Below, one piece after another: positions 1-10,017 of a stretch of DNA of 32,000 nt. Position numbers and translations under genes: made by a program. Positions within the stretch are counted from its first letter, which is position 1. Every line of letters starts with the position of its first letter. The notes under the pieces were generated by a model. That model was given only the letters and a program-made list of their open reading frames with translations, ran no database searches and had not been told where the DNA came from. Source of the stretch: an uncultured delta proteobacterium (GTDB lineage Bacteria > Desulfobacterota > Desulfuromonadia > Geobacterales > Pseudopelobacteraceae); NCBI GenBank assembly GCA_963760075.1, contig CAVXBQ010000003.1, forward strand, positions 1 through 32,000, in the 5' to 3' direction.

Positions 1-34
1 GTCCAACAAAATCCTGCGGTGCAACCAGACGGAC

Positions 35-63
35 AACCTACCCAATTCACTCTCAACTGTCAA
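35..63 (-). promoter_or_regulatory. Putative sigma70-type promoter firing leftward out of the window
   Basis: The minus strand reads TTGACA (58-63), a 17-nt spacer, then TAGGTT (35-40). No gene is visible downstream because the window ends. Confidence 0.3.
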
Positions 64-200
64 CAACTTTTTTCGTCCCGACAATCTTTTTTTCTTGGGC
101 GCCCCGCAAAACTTCCGTCTCAAAAGGGACTCGCTTTCTATCATAAACAATTTCAACTTGTCAAAATAAAAATGACTCCATGCGCCAAATAATGCGAGAG

Positions 201-1436
201 TCAGTGGACAGCACAGGAGATGCATGGGTCGAAGCAGCGGATCAGAATTTCTGCGGCGACCCTGATCTGGTCATAGTCGGCGCCATCCATTGCGACTATC
301 AGATCCTTTAGAGACGCGGCTATTGCCCCCTGATTGATGGCGGTTGGAGTTATAATGTTTGCAGCAGTGCAGATTCCCCCGTCATCGAAGCGGTAACTAT
401 GGAGGAGCACGCCTCGCGGCGCTTCAACAAGTGCCGTTCCTTCTCCCTGTGCTGCAACGACAGTGACTGGTGGCTCTTTTTTCAGACCGACGTCAAGGAG
501 TTGCTTGATTAAGGACTGCGCTCGCTCCACCGCCAGCTGTAGTTCAATTATCCGGGCTTTTAGAGATGACCTGATTGACACATCTTCGATAAGGTGTGCA
601 TACGCTGCCGGCATCGATAACGTCACACGGGCCAACGGCCCCACCAGAAAGGTGGCTTTTTCATCGAAGTGACTGACCTTGGCATGGGTATGCGACTCAA
701 CGTGCTCGTTCAGCCACGCAGCTGCGCAACTCACGGGAATGGCCGTTGCTGTTGACGTGACCAGGCGATCACCAAAGAGCGGCGCCCCGCCGCTGACTGC
801 GCAGACAGAATGGGTTGTCAACGATGGCAGAATATCCTTCAGGCCGAACACATAGGTAATGCTTGCCGCCACATCGTCGCGGACCTCCGCAAGGTGTTCA
901 CCCAGATACCGCAGCTGATCCGCTTCCGGCATCCTCCCCAATCCCCCCACCAGCAGATTGAACGGGTGTATGGCACGCCCTCCGACGATTTCCTGAATCA
1001 AGTTGCCCAGCTTCTTGATCCTGAGCCCCATCTGCAGCTTTTCCGGCGCACATGTTGCCAGCTCATGAATACCGTTCACCCCCAGATAATCAGGCAACGC
1101 CAGGCAAAATATGTGCAGGGCATGACTCTCGATCTGCCCCCCCTGCACCGCCAGTTCGCGCAACAGTCCGGTCTGCCGCGATATGGCAACCCCCAACGCT
1201 TGCTCAACCGCCTGAAGTGCCGCGACTTTGTGAACGGTCGAACAGATTGAACAGATCCGGCAGGCGATGTCTGCTATCTCATCAAAACGCCTGCCTACCA
1301 GCAGCGCCTCGAACAACCGGGGCGATTCGTACAGATTCAGGCGGGCATCCACCACCCGCCCACCATCCCGGATCAGTTCGACAGAGCCATGCCCCTCCAC
1401 CCTGGTCAACATATCAATCGTTCTTACGCCACTCAT
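201..1436 (-). CDS. hydA: [NiFe] hydrogenase large (alpha) subunit, group 3b sulfhydrogenase-type
   Basis: The translation has TRVEGHG near the N-terminus, the N-terminal Ni-binding pair RICSICS and the C-terminal DPCISCAVH. The likely start, ATG 1436-1434, forms an ATGA overlap with the stop of the upstream small-subunit gene. The ORF track offers an alternative start at 1445. Confidence 0.9.
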   Translation of the reverse strand: MSGVRTIDMLTRVEGHGSVELIRDGGRVVDARLNLYESPRLFEALLVGRRFDEIADIACRICSICSTVHKVAALQAVEQALGVAISRQTGLLRELAVQGGQIESHALHIFCLALPDYLGVNGIHELATCAPEKLQMGLRIKKLGNLIQEIVGGRAIHPFNLLVGGLGRMPEADQLRYLGEHLAEVRDDVAASITYVFGLKDILPSLTTHSVCAVSGGAPLFGDRLVTSTATAIPVSCAAAWLNEHVESHTHAKVSHFDEKATFLVGPLARVTLSMPAAYAHLIEDVSIRSSLKARIIELQLAVERAQSLIKQLLDVGLKKEPPVTVVAAQGEGTALVEAPRGVLLHSYRFDDGGICTAANIITPTAINQGAIAASLKDLIVAMDGADYDQIRVAAEILIRCFDPCISCAVH

Positions 1437-2177
1437 GGTTTCCACTCCGGCCAGAAGCGGCGTAACCGTTCCAGCACCGTCTGACGATCAAAACCTTTTT
1501 GTTCATAGATCTTAAGAGCTTCCGTCAGATTAGCCTCCGGCACCGGCCCACGACACCCCTCACAGGGGACCGCCATGCTCGGGCAGCGCGCACCGCACCC
1601 CCCCAATGTCAGCGGGCCGAGACAGAGCGCGTCCCGCTCGGTCAGCAGGCAGAGATTTTCCCGCATCCTGCATTCGGTGCAGACAGGGTAGTCGATTACA
1701 ACAGGAAGTGCCCCCCGAACCAATCCCGCCAGCAGCCTTAGCAGCTCTTCCTTTTCCGGCGGGCAACCGGTGACAGTGGCATCCACCTGCACCACGCTCT
1801 GCAGCGGCAGTGGATCATATGTTTCACGAGCAACCGGGCTCTGACCATACACCTGTTGGCGAAGCAGCTCACGCCCCTCGCCATTCCGAAGAGCCGCCAC
1901 CCCGCCCCAGGCGGCGCAGGTTCCCAGGGCAATCAGATACTGACTTCGTTTCCGCAACTCCTGCAGCAACTCTTTTTCATGGGGCATGGAAAGACACCCC
2001 TCCACTAACGCCGCGTCATACTCGCCATCCAGCAAAGCAGGCAGAACAGGCCATCGGAAAGAACTGGAACTCAAACTGCTCCAACAGCCCCGGTAACTCG
2101 TCTTCACAGTTCAGCAAGGACAGCTGGCAACCGGAACAGGCCGTTAACCCCACGATGGCAAGCCGCAGCCGCTTCAT
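1433..2177 (-). pseudogene. hydD: [NiFe] hydrogenase small (delta) subunit, apparent frameshift
   Basis: The frame 1433-2107 encodes the conserved body (LLDGEYDAALVEGC, GTCAAWGG, GCPPEKEE, Cys-rich C-terminus). The expected N-terminus MKRLRLAIVGLTACSGCQLSLLNCEDELPGLLEQFEFQFFPMA lies in a different frame. That frame starts at ATG 2177-2175 (ATGA overlap with the hydG stop) and hits a stop at 2016-2018. The frames must switch near 2036-2045. Confidence 0.75.
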
Positions 2178-3010
2178 ACGAAAGCCCCCTCTATGCCGGC
2201 CAGTTCTGCATCGCTGAACACAGGTCCGTCAACACAGCACAAGCGGGTTCCTACGGCGCAGTGCCCGCAACGTCCGACGCCGCACTTCATACGCCGTTCC
2301 AGCGAAAGATGAATCCGGTTTGACTCCAGCCCCAGCAGCCGCAACCCGGACACCAGAGGTGGGTAAACCACCGGTGGGCCACACATGGCGGCGCAGGTCC
2401 GGCCCGGATCGACCTCAAGCTGATCCAGCAGGGCTGGCAGCAGGGCAATACGGCAATCAGGAGGTCCAATCAGACAGTGTCCGGGGCGATCTACCGCCAG
2501 TAGCAGTTTTATCTCTCCGCGTTTTTGCAGTTCCAGCAGTTCATCCAGAAAGAGCAACGCTCCGGTTTCGCGGGCCCCGTACAGAAGGGTTAGCTGTCCC
2601 CAGAGGTCACGCTGCTTCAGGAGCGCCAACAGGAGCGAGCGGAGCGGAGCCATCCCCAAACCGCCGGCGATCAGCAGCATATCCTGGCCGGTATACGCGG
2701 ACATCGGGAATCCCCTCCCAAAAGGGCCTCTCACTCCGACAGCATCACCCGGGGATGCAGCCTTCAGCGGAGCAGTTACGTGTCCGACGTGCCGGATGCA
2801 GAGTTCGATGCTGCCATCCGGCGAGGGAGAGCCGCAGTACGATATCGGAATCTCACCGACCCCGGGCAGGGAGAGTTCCAGAAATTGGCCGGGAAGAAAC
2901 GATGATGCAACGGGGTGATCCGCTTCCATACGTAGCGTAAACAACGAGGTATCAACCGTCAGTTGACGGATTGCCGAAATGACTGCCGGGATGGGAAGAG
3001 TGCTGTTCAC
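2174..3010 (-). CDS. hydG: Hydrogenase gamma subunit (FAD/NAD(P)-binding, 2Fe-2S; AsrB-like)
   Basis: 278 aa with a ferredoxin-reductase-like fold (LIAGGLGMAPL) and a C-terminal cluster motif CGVGRCGHCAVG..CC. It sits between the beta and delta subunits, as in hydBGDA operons. The ends overlap the neighbouring genes by 4 bp. Confidence 0.85.
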   Translation of the reverse strand: MNSTLPIPAVISAIRQLTVDTSLFTLRMEADHPVASSFLPGQFLELSLPGVGEIPISYCGSPSPDGSIELCIRHVGHVTAPLKAASPGDAVGVRGPFGRGFPMSAYTGQDMLLIAGGLGMAPLRSLLLALLKQRDLWGQLTLLYGARETGALLFLDELLELQKRGEIKLLLAVDRPGHCLIGPPDCRIALLPALLDQLEVDPGRTCAAMCGPPVVYPPLVSGLRLLGLESNRIHLSLERRMKCGVGRCGHCAVGTRLCCVDGPVFSDAELAGIEGAFV

Positions 3011-3997
3011 TGTGCGCCCCCTTCCAGACGCTCCGCCAGCGGTCGCAGATCAAGGCCGGCCGGACAGACGACCCGGCAACGACCACAGCCGACACAGGCG
3101 GGAATCCCCTGAAGCGGTCCGAAACCTCGATATTTGTGACGGTAGCGATAGCGGAAGCGCTCTGCGCGATCCTTCCGAAAGCTCATGCCGCCGGCCACCT
3201 GAGCGTGGCTTTTGAACAGACAGTTATCCCATTGTCGTACCCGGACTGCCGAGCGGCCATCCAGCCCGCCGAATTCCAGCACATCGAAACAGGAGCAGGT
3301 GGGACAGCAGACCGAACAGGCCCCGCACCCCAGACAGCGGTCGGCAAGCTCCTGCCACTCCGGGAGCGTTGCATCAAGTTCAGGAGGCAACTGTTCTGGG
3401 ACGCCCCGGCCAAAGAAGCGGCGAGTATCTTCAGGGATTTCGACATCCCGCTCTTCAAGGATATCCTTGATCCGATCGAGGAGTTCATCGCCACGGGGAG
3501 AACTACTGGTGACGGCAAAACCACCATCCAGAGAGTGAAAAAACAGGTCGGATAGCGCTTTCAGCGGTGAGACAGAGCGATGGCATGAGCAGAATTCATC
3601 CGGGGCGCAGGAGATACCGATCAGCGTCAGCGCAGAGCGACGGGCGGCATAAAGCGGATCAGGGTCGTCGCCCAGAAAGATCCGGTCAAGATAGTCGATT
3701 CCGGCCAGATCGCAGGGGTGGAGGCCGAACAGGATCAACGGGGAAGTCTCCGCCGACGGCAGCTGATAAGCCGGAATCAGCCGTATAGTTCAGAATCGTT
3801 TCCCGTGGGTGCAGCAGATATTTTTTCGGGGGGAGCAGCGTACGGATGGCAGAAAGGTCGGGAAGCAAACCTGGAGTGAGGACGGCGAAACGAACCACCC
3901 CGTCGTCGCCTCGAACGGGGCCGTGCACTTCGGCATATCGTCGCAACTGATCTAACAGAGGTTCAAGGTTCTGGTTTGCAATAAATCGAGTCGCCAT
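3007..3997 (-). pseudogene. hydB: Hydrogenase beta subunit (4Fe-4S, AsrA-like), apparent frameshift
   Basis: The N-terminal part MATRFIANQ...PPKKYLLHPRETILNY is in the 3686-4042 frame; ATG 3997-3995 is preceded by AGGGTGG. The remainder, LILFGLHPCDLAGIDYLD...CLGCGACSVCCPTCSC...CVGCGRCRVVCP, is in the 3007-3738 frame, which carries an in-frame TGA at 3790-3792. The frame switch must lie within about 3740-3790. Confidence 0.75.
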
Positions 3998-4041
3998 AAA
4001 CGCCACCCTGCTTGGGACAGCATTAACAAGCCAACAGGACA

Positions 4042-4069
4042 ATTATAGCAGCCAGCGGCACATAGTCAA
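4042..4069 (-). promoter_or_regulatory. Near-consensus sigma70 promoter upstream of hydB
   Basis: The minus strand reads TTGACT (4069-4064), a 16-nt spacer, then TATAAT (4047-4042), about 45 nt upstream of the hydB ATG. Confidence 0.5.
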
Positions 4070-4099
4070 TTTTTGGTATTTACGGAATATCGTTCTCTA

Positions 4100-5144
4100 C
4101 TATCCACCAGCCAAAAGAATGGCGCCAGCACCCCCATAAACCAGACGAAACAGACTCACTCCGGTCAGCGCATTAAACACCGCAAAGTTTGTGCATGGGC
4201 CGAAGACCCGATCATGGAAACTCAAACAAGGATAGCGGCCGCCTCCAAGCAGCGGCCGCAACATGACATCGAGAAAAAAGAACATCTGCCAGGAATTCTG
4301 CCGGATATATCTCCCCAGAAGATAGAACACCCGGATTGATCCCCAGAGTCCCCAGTCGCCACAGATCATGCGCCAGATAAGACCAAAGTACGGCGACAGG
4401 AAAAGCGTGCCGGTATCCTGCTGCACCCGGTACACCCCCGGCGCCCGGACGAAGAATTCCTCCGCACCGACACTGTACAGTCCCATCATCATGCTCATCA
4501 GGATGTAACGGCGATGAAATCCCTTCCGTCTCGAACCGGCGCGCCGAGGTTTTGAGATACCCCGGAAGGGTAATCCATTTTCCCTGAGACCGGATTTTCC
4601 CGGCAATGCGCTGATCCTCCAGAAACGGCATACTTTCATCAAAGCCGCCAAGATACCGGAAGAACTCCTTTGAAAGCAATAGCCCCTGATCACCGTTTGT
4701 GGTGTTGGCGCGATTAAAGGCGCTCTTCTCCTCGGCGTAGCGATACGCCATTGAGTTTCGTTTCGTACTACGAATAAAACGTAGGCAAAAATGACCGGCA
4801 ATCCGGTCATCTCCGCATGCCGCATCTGTTATTGCCTGTACGGCATTTACCAGAAGAAACGGGTCAACTATCCGTGAGTCGGCATGCAGAAAAAGAAGAT
4901 TATCGCCGGATGCGCGGCCTGCTGCAGCGTTCATCTGCACACCCCGGCCCCGGCCGGCACATACGAAGTGAACGCCGAACGCATCCGCCACCGACCGCGT
5001 TGCATCCGAAGAGCCGCCATCACCGACAATAATTTCGAGGGTTATATTCTGTTGTTTTTTGAGATCGTCCAATAACTGAGGGAGGTTTTCAGCTTCATTG
5101 AGCGTCGGAATGACGACTGATAACAGTTGGGGTCTATTGTTCAT
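4100..5144 (-). pseudogene. Family-2 glycosyltransferase with a hydrophobic C-terminal extension, apparent frameshift
   Basis: The N-terminal GT-A motifs (LSVVIPTLNEAENLPQLL, VGDGGSSD, LFLHADS) are in the 4212-5144 frame up to ...TSARRFETEG. The sequence continues sensibly (FHRRYILMSMMMGLYSVGAEEFF... and hydrophobic segments, stop at 4100) only in the 4100-4825 frame. The switch lies near 4517-4524. The start overlaps the DUF3047 stop (ATGA). Confidence 0.7.
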
Positions 5145-5827
5145 TTGGACTGCTTACCCTCCGTCGAGAGGGATATTTCCCCATACCATGCTTCCGTATT
5201 TCCGCCGGTATTATCGGTATCGGTCATGATGGCAATGGCATCGGCTGCCGGGGGTTCGGCTCCGAACAGGAGTCGATAATCTGCGAGCAGATCGCGCTCC
5301 TCGTATACCCATTGACCGGCCTTCCCGTTTCCGGTCTCCACTGCCAGCATCTTCGCGTCCGAAGCGAACGGATTGGGAACGTGCTCTCCCACCGGCAACC
5401 TGTTCGCCCAAATGTAGTTGATCGCTTTCATCTGCCAGAAATACCGCCCCGGGAAAATCACATACAGACGTGCGGCATAATCATCGCCGGCTTTGGACGT
5501 CTCGTCTCCACCCTTGATCGTGTGGGCAATTTTCCACGACCACCGCAAATACCTATACGTTGAGGGTGCAAAGCGAATCTTCCGTACCATCCCGGAAGCA
5601 GCGGCATGGCTGACTGCCTTTACAACGGCTCGCCCATTTTCCTGCTGTATCAGGTATTCCGTACTCCCCTTGAAGATTTTAGGTTTCCAGCCCGCCAATC
5701 CTTCAGTACTGAAATGACTGACCTGAATTTCGCCGGCCGGCACGCTCGTTACATCCGCACACAGAGGAGCGACGAGAATAAAAAGGACGACAGGTAATTT
5801 GACGTATCTGAGCATTATGAGTTGCAT
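5141..5827 (-). CDS. DUF3047-family exported protein
   Basis: Signal-peptide-like N-terminus. Recognisable DUF3047-type motifs include AVSHAAASGMVRKI, YRYLRWSWKI and KAGDDYAARLYVIF. The start could be 5827 or 5815. Confidence 0.75.
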   Translation of the reverse strand: MQLIMLRYVKLPVVLFILVAPLCADVTSVPAGEIQVSHFSTEGLAGWKPKIFKGSTEYLIQQENGRAVVKAVSHAAASGMVRKIRFAPSTYRYLRWSWKIAHTIKGGDETSKAGDDYAARLYVIFPGRYFWQMKAINYIWANRLPVGEHVPNPFASDAKMLAVETGNGKAGQWVYEERDLLADYRLLFGAEPPAADAIAIMTDTDNTGGNTEAWYGEISLSTEGKQSK

Positions 5828-5897
5828 CCATCCTTTACAGTCAGCGTGCGGACAACTCGCGGTCGGTCACTGTACTCATCTCTCTGCGCGCAGCCTG

Positions 5898-5937
5898 GAA
5901 AACAAATATCCCCCGGCAGAGCCAGGGGATATTTGTT
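5898..5937 (-). terminator. Intrinsic terminator, the displaced glmS terminator
   Basis: A perfect 14-bp stem (5899-5912 pairs with 5924-5937) with an 11-nt loop, followed on the minus strand by a U-rich run (UUUGUUUU). It lies 12 bp outside the left end of the insertion. Deleting the insertion would place it about 40 bp downstream of the glmS stop. Confidence 0.7.
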
Positions 5938-5948
5938 TCGGACAGTTT

Positions 5949-5953
5949 TTTCC
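5949..5953. repeat. Target-site duplication, left copy (TTTCC)
   Basis: TTTCC immediately precedes the terminal TGT at 5954. An identical TTTCC sits at 29938-29942, immediately after the terminal ACA. Confidence 0.85.
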
Positions 5954-6095
5954 TGTCCCTGTAAAGTAAAGTTGTATACTTGCAGCAATTATTTTTCAAT
6001 AGTTTACAAAAGTGAGCGCCTGTCAACCAGAAAATAAAGTTGTATACCGACTTCATTCAGACCTCCCAATGGGTGGAAAAAAAAAGTTGTATACT
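5954..6095 (+). repeat. Left end: terminal TGTCCCT plus three spaced 20-bp putative TnsB-type binding repeats
   Basis: L1 5961-5980 GTAAAGTAAAGTTGTATACT; L2 6029-6048 AGAAAATAAAGTTGTATACC; L3 6076-6095 GAAAAAAAAAGTTGTATACT. All three are in direct orientation. Confidence 0.85.
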
Positions 6096-6208
6096 GGCGA
6101 AACAGCCCCAATCTATGGCAAATGAGCTATTCGCCCCTTAGCCTTGAAACCGCTCATCCTATTGGCATGCATCTTCGCTAACTCCAACCCAAAACCCATT
6201 TTATTAAC

Positions 6209-6355
6209 TATTGGTGGCTGTACTTTATTATGTCTATGTGATGCTTACCTTCATTGAGAGGTATCAACCGCCAGATATAACCACATTCACATTCCTTTAT
6301 TGGACTTCCCATTGACGTATATCCCTGTGCTTCGTAGACATCTATCTTCCTGTTT
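6209..6355 (+). repeat. Copy 1 of a ~146-bp inverted repeat pair
   Basis: By eye about 90% identical to the reverse complement of 22595-22740. For example, TTACCTTCATTGAGAGGTATCAAC and CATTCACATTCCTTTATTGGACTTCCCATTGACGTATATCCCTGTGC are shared. A 2-nt indel breaks any common reading frame. Confidence 0.8.
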
Positions 6356-6496
6356 TGGCAATTCGGACATTTCATTTACATTACCTCATGATTGTTTTTA
6401 ATTTACATACAATATAACTAAGTTATCGGAGCCGTATTCAGTCCAAACCGTATCTATACCCTTTTTAAACCAACCAAATTGTTGATGGCAGAATTA

Positions 6497-7489
6497 TCAA
6501 ACAAGCTGATTGACAGCGCCGTCAGGTTTTTCGTTATTCAATGCCCGTATGATGTTCCAAGCAGCTTCCATAGCTATCTCTCTCCGGACATCATCGACTG
6601 CCGAGCCGATATGAGGAGTAAGAAAGGTTTGTTCAGCATTGTCCAAAAGGGGCTGAGGAATGGCGAGGGAGCGATCTGTGCGCGCCCAGTCCTCCATCTC
6701 AAATACGTCTGCGGCATAACCGGCAAGGCATCCAGAAGCAAGTGCATCCACAACTGCATTTTCGTCCACAACAGAACCCCGACAGGCATTAATGAGCAGA
6801 CTGCCGTGCTTCATCATCGCAATTGCTTTGGCGTTAATCAGATGCTTGGTGGCCGGCCTGAGTGGAACCAGCGGAATGATGAAATCGCTTGTTTTCAATA
6901 GTTCTTCAAGGGAGACGTAGGTTACATTTAGCGCTCCCTCGCTTTCTTTAGCAATGGGTGTGATATCATTATATATTACCTTTGCACCGAATCCCGACAA
7001 TCGCATCGCTACTGCCTGGCCCACGGATCCCATTCCTATGATGCCAACTGTTGCGCTATTTAGTCCCATTCCATAGAATTTCGGCAACCAACCTCTAAAC
7101 GATCCACTGCGCACATACCTGTCCCCCTGAGGCATTCTGCGAGAAAGGCCAATGAGCAAACCGATGGTTAGTTCAGCAGTGGGAACTGTCAAAAGGTCGG
7201 GAACTATAGTGAACCATACTCCATGGTGCGTGCAAGCTTCGATATCAAAGTTATCGTACCCCTTCAGTGCGGCGGCCACGATTCTCAACTCCGGACAGGC
7301 CTTGAGAAACTCGTTATCGATGCTGTCAGGCATAAACACCATGATGGCCTGTGCGTCAACAGAGCGACGGATTATTTCCTCTTTCTGCAAGGTCTCACGG
7401 GTAAGGTTCGGTATGACCTCACAATGCTGACCCAAGAGTTCCACGACTTCTGGATGCACCCAGTGAGTTATGACGACTTTTGGTTGCAT
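6497..7489 (-). CDS. ptxD: NAD-dependent phosphite dehydrogenase
   Basis: 330 aa, collinear with Pseudomonas stutzeri PtxD as I remember it. Shared segments include [75 protein letters not shown] and TPHIGSA. It lies directly downstream of ABC transporter genes. Confidence 0.9.
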   Translation of the reverse strand: MQPKVVITHWVHPEVVELLGQHCEVIPNLTRETLQKEEIIRRSVDAQAIMVFMPDSIDNEFLKACPELRIVAAALKGYDNFDIEACTHHGVWFTIVPDLLTVPTAELTIGLLIGLSRRMPQGDRYVRSGSFRGWLPKFYGMGLNSATVGIIGMGSVGQAVAMRLSGFGAKVIYNDITPIAKESEGALNVTYVSLEELLKTSDFIIPLVPLRPATKHLINAKAIAMMKHGSLLINACRGSVVDENAVVDALASGCLAGYAADVFEMEDWARTDRSLAIPQPLLDNAEQTFLTPHIGSAVDDVRREIAMEAAWNIIRALNNEKPDGAVNQLV

Positions 7490-7501
7490 GCATTCACCCC
7501 G

Positions 7502-8317
7502 CTACTTAAATCGTTTGCGTAAGAATTGGCCAGACCCGTCAACAATAGTGACCATAATGAGAATTACCAGCAAAATGGCCGAAACATCCCGATACTGCAT
7601 GATACGCAGGGAACTCATTAACTCAAATCCGATGCCGCCCGCGCCGACCATCCCCATCACCGTAGATGCCCGGAAATTGTATTCCCAGCGATAGATCGTG
7701 ACATCGGCCATGTGAGGCACCACTTGTGGAAGAACGCCATGGAGTATGACCTGAAGGGGGCTCGCGCCGGACGACTTTACAGCTTCTATTGGCCCTTCGG
7801 AGGCATGCTCGATGGATTCGGCAAAAAACTTGCCGACCATGCCGACCGAGTGGAGTCCGAGCGCCAGCACGCCGGGCAGTGCCCCGAAGCCGACGGCGGC
7901 GACGAACAGTATCCCCATTATCAGTTCCGGTATCGAGCGCAAACCGTTTAATATCCCGCGTGCCGCGTGGTAGACGACCGGGTGAGGCGAGGTGTTGCGT
8001 GCCGCGAGGAGAGAAAGAGGGAGGGAGATCACAACCGCCAGCGCCGTTCCGGCGACGCTCATTGCCAAGGTGTCCGCAAGCGGCCTGAACCAGTTGCGGG
8101 CATCGTGGAAATTGGGCGGCATGCATTCCCGGATCAATCCGATGATGCTCGGTATGCCTTCCTGCAATCTCTTCGTGTCGAGAAGGCCGGTATACCATGC
8201 GCATAGTACCACGATGACGATGGCAGCCGTCATCCGCAAAAGGGAACCGTACCACTTCCTCTTCTGGTGAAGGATCAGATGGGCATAGGCATGGTCTATC
8301 GACTGGGCGTCTTGCAT
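7502..8317 (-). CDS. ptxC: Phosphite/phosphonate ABC transporter permease (PhnE family)
   Basis: 271 aa, multi-TM, with the PhnE-type motif EAVKSSGASPLQVILHGVLPQV...GAGGIGFEL. Operon position between ptxB and ptxD. Confidence 0.85.
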   Translation of the reverse strand: MQDAQSIDHAYAHLILHQKRKWYGSLLRMTAAIVIVVLCAWYTGLLDTKRLQEGIPSIIGLIRECMPPNFHDARNWFRPLADTLAMSVAGTALAVVISLPLSLLAARNTSPHPVVYHAARGILNGLRSIPELIMGILFVAAVGFGALPGVLALGLHSVGMVGKFFAESIEHASEGPIEAVKSSGASPLQVILHGVLPQVVPHMADVTIYRWEYNFRASTVMGMVGAGGIGFELMSSLRIMQYRDVSAILLVILIMVTIVDGSGQFLRKRFK

Positions 8318-8320
8318 TGC

Positions 8321-9193
8321 CTAGATTTTTGCCAGATCAAGGTTGAGAATGTGGGCAAGGTCACGGATCACGTTGTATTCCTTATCGGTAACCGCGCCGA
8401 AGCCGTCCGCCTTGAAGGGTTTCAAAACGCCCTTGTCCGTAAGGTTCAGAAATGCGTTCCGTATTTTTTCCTTCAGTCCCGGAGTTAAATCGGAGCGCAT
8501 GGTCCAGGGATATTCCGGATAGGGTTTCGATTCGGCGAGGACATGCACCTTGGCCAGGTCGATGATCTTGCGCTCAACGAGTGATTCGAAGATGGGTTTG
8601 CTCAAACCTCCGGCCTGGGCCGTGCCGTTCTGGACAGCAATCGCGACCGCGTCGTGGGAACCGACAAAATGTTCTCTGTAGTTTTTCTTTGTTTCCAGCC
8701 CTTTTTCTTTCAGCATCGACTTGGGTATCAGATGACTCGAAGTTGACGCTACGTCGCCGTATGCCATGTCTTTCCCGGCTATGTCGGAAATGGAACGGAT
8801 GCCGGATGCCGCGTTCGCAATGACGACTGCCTGATACGTTGTACGTCCTTTTTTCTTAAGCGCCGCAAAGGCCTCGATATTGCTCTTCGACTTCGCCAGC
8901 ACGTAGGACAACGGTCCAAAGTAGGCAAGATCCAGTCGGCCATGGCGCATGGCCTCTATCATCGACGAATAGTCGGTGGTCACCACGAGTTCAATTTTCT
9001 TGCCGAGACTGGACTCGAGGTAACGTTTCAATCCATCGTTATTCTTGATTACGGTCGACCCGTTTTCATCGGGGAGCAGCGCCACCTTGAGGGTTTTCGG
9101 ATCAGGATCGCTTGCAGCGAACAAGGTGTTGAAGCAGAACAGGGTGGTGAGCACCACTCCGATAACAACCAGAACTTTTTTTTGCATTTTCAT
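8321..9193 (-). CDS. ptxB: Phosphite/phosphonate periplasmic binding protein (PhnD family)
   Basis: 290 aa with a signal peptide. PhnD-like motifs include LKVALLPDE, TDYSSMIEAMRHGRLDLAYFGPLSY and SHLIP. Confidence 0.85.
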   Translation of the reverse strand: MKMQKKVLVVIGVVLTTLFCFNTLFAASDPDPKTLKVALLPDENGSTVIKNNDGLKRYLESSLGKKIELVVTTDYSSMIEAMRHGRLDLAYFGPLSYVLAKSKSNIEAFAALKKKGRTTYQAVVIANAASGIRSISDIAGKDMAYGDVASTSSHLIPKSMLKEKGLETKKNYREHFVGSHDAVAIAVQNGTAQAGGLSKPIFESLVERKIIDLAKVHVLAESKPYPEYPWTMRSDLTPGLKEKIRNAFLNLTDKGVLKPFKADGFGAVTDKEYNVIRDLAHILNLDLAKI

Positions 9194-9210
9194 TCCCCCT
9201 TTTGACAGGA

Positions 9211-10017
9211 TTAGATGGCTGCGAAGTCGGCAAAGTTTTCGGCCCAGCTGCCTGCGTATGAATCATACCGGCCGCTTTTTCGAAGCTCCCCGCTATTGTA
9301 AATCTTATCCACCATGTTATTAGTCAATTCATCAGGACTCCCCTCGAAAACGACTCTGCTTGATGCCAGTCCTACGATGTGATCAGCAAACCTCCTTGCC
9401 ATTTCAACCTGGTGAAGGCTGACTACAGCGGTGATGCCGTCCTCTTTGCATATGTCATGAAGCAATGACAACACTCTGATTGCTGAGGCAGGGTCCAGGC
9501 TGGCAATCGGCTCATCGGCCAAGACGATCTGAGGTCTTTGGGTAAGAGCCCGGGCGATACCGACACGCTGTTGTTCTCCACCGCTCAGATTACTCACCCG
9601 CTCCATTGCCTTGTGCAACAGTCCGACGCGGTCCAGGGATTCGATCGCAATAAGGATTTCGGTCTTTGGAAGGGGGAACAGGCTCCGCAACGCGGTATGA
9701 TAGCCGAGACGGCCTATCAGTACGTTTTGGAGTACCGTGTGACGGCCGATCAACTGGTGCTGCTGGAAGATCATGGCCGTATGCCTGCGGTGCATCTTGA
9801 GCAGTCTGCCTTCGCTCAGAACACCCAATCCCTCAACGGAAACATGCCCCGAATTGGGTCTGACCATAAAGTTCAGACAGCGCAGTAATGTGGACTTGCC
9901 CGAACCCGAAGGTCCCAGCAGCACGGTAAACCGGCCCGCTTGAAAGGTGGTGGAAGTAGAACAGAGGGCTGCCGTACCTCCCGGATAGGTGACGCTGACA
10001 TTATTCATTTGCAACAT
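9211..10017 (-). CDS. ptxA: Phosphite/phosphonate ABC transporter ATP-binding protein (PhnC family)
   Basis: Walker A GPSGSGKST, ABC signature LSGGEQQRV and Walker B IVLADEP. It is the first gene of the ptx operon. Confidence 0.9.
   Translation of the reverse strand: MLQMNNVSVTYPGGTAALCSTSTTFQAGRFTVLLGPSGSGKSTLLRCLNFMVRPNSGHVSVEGLGVLSEGRLLKMHRRHTAMIFQQHQLIGRHTVLQNVLIGRLGYHTALRSLFPLPKTEILIAIESLDRVGLLHKAMERVSNLSGGEQQRVGIARALTQRPQIVLADEPIASLDPASAIRVLSLLHDICKEDGITAVVSLHQVEMARRFADHIVGLASSRVVFEGSPDELTNNMVDKIYNSGELRKSGRYDSYAGSWAENFADFAAI

Noticed and set aside
463-3788. Many ORFs of 60-200 aa on the plus strand, or out of frame on the minus strand, within the hydrogenase operon (for example 810-1250, 1052-1465, 2320-2940, 3136-3555)
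   Set aside because: They lie antisense to or overlap strongly supported hydrogenase genes. Their translations are Arg/Pro/Ser/Ala-rich, as expected from GC-rich non-coding frames, and show no motifs.
7623-8255. A 210-aa ORF and several plus-strand ORFs overlapping ptxC, with similar ones in ptxA, ptxB, ptxD, the phosphoesterase gene and glmS
   Set aside because: They are alternative frames of well-supported genes, and their compositionally biased translations have no recognisable domains.
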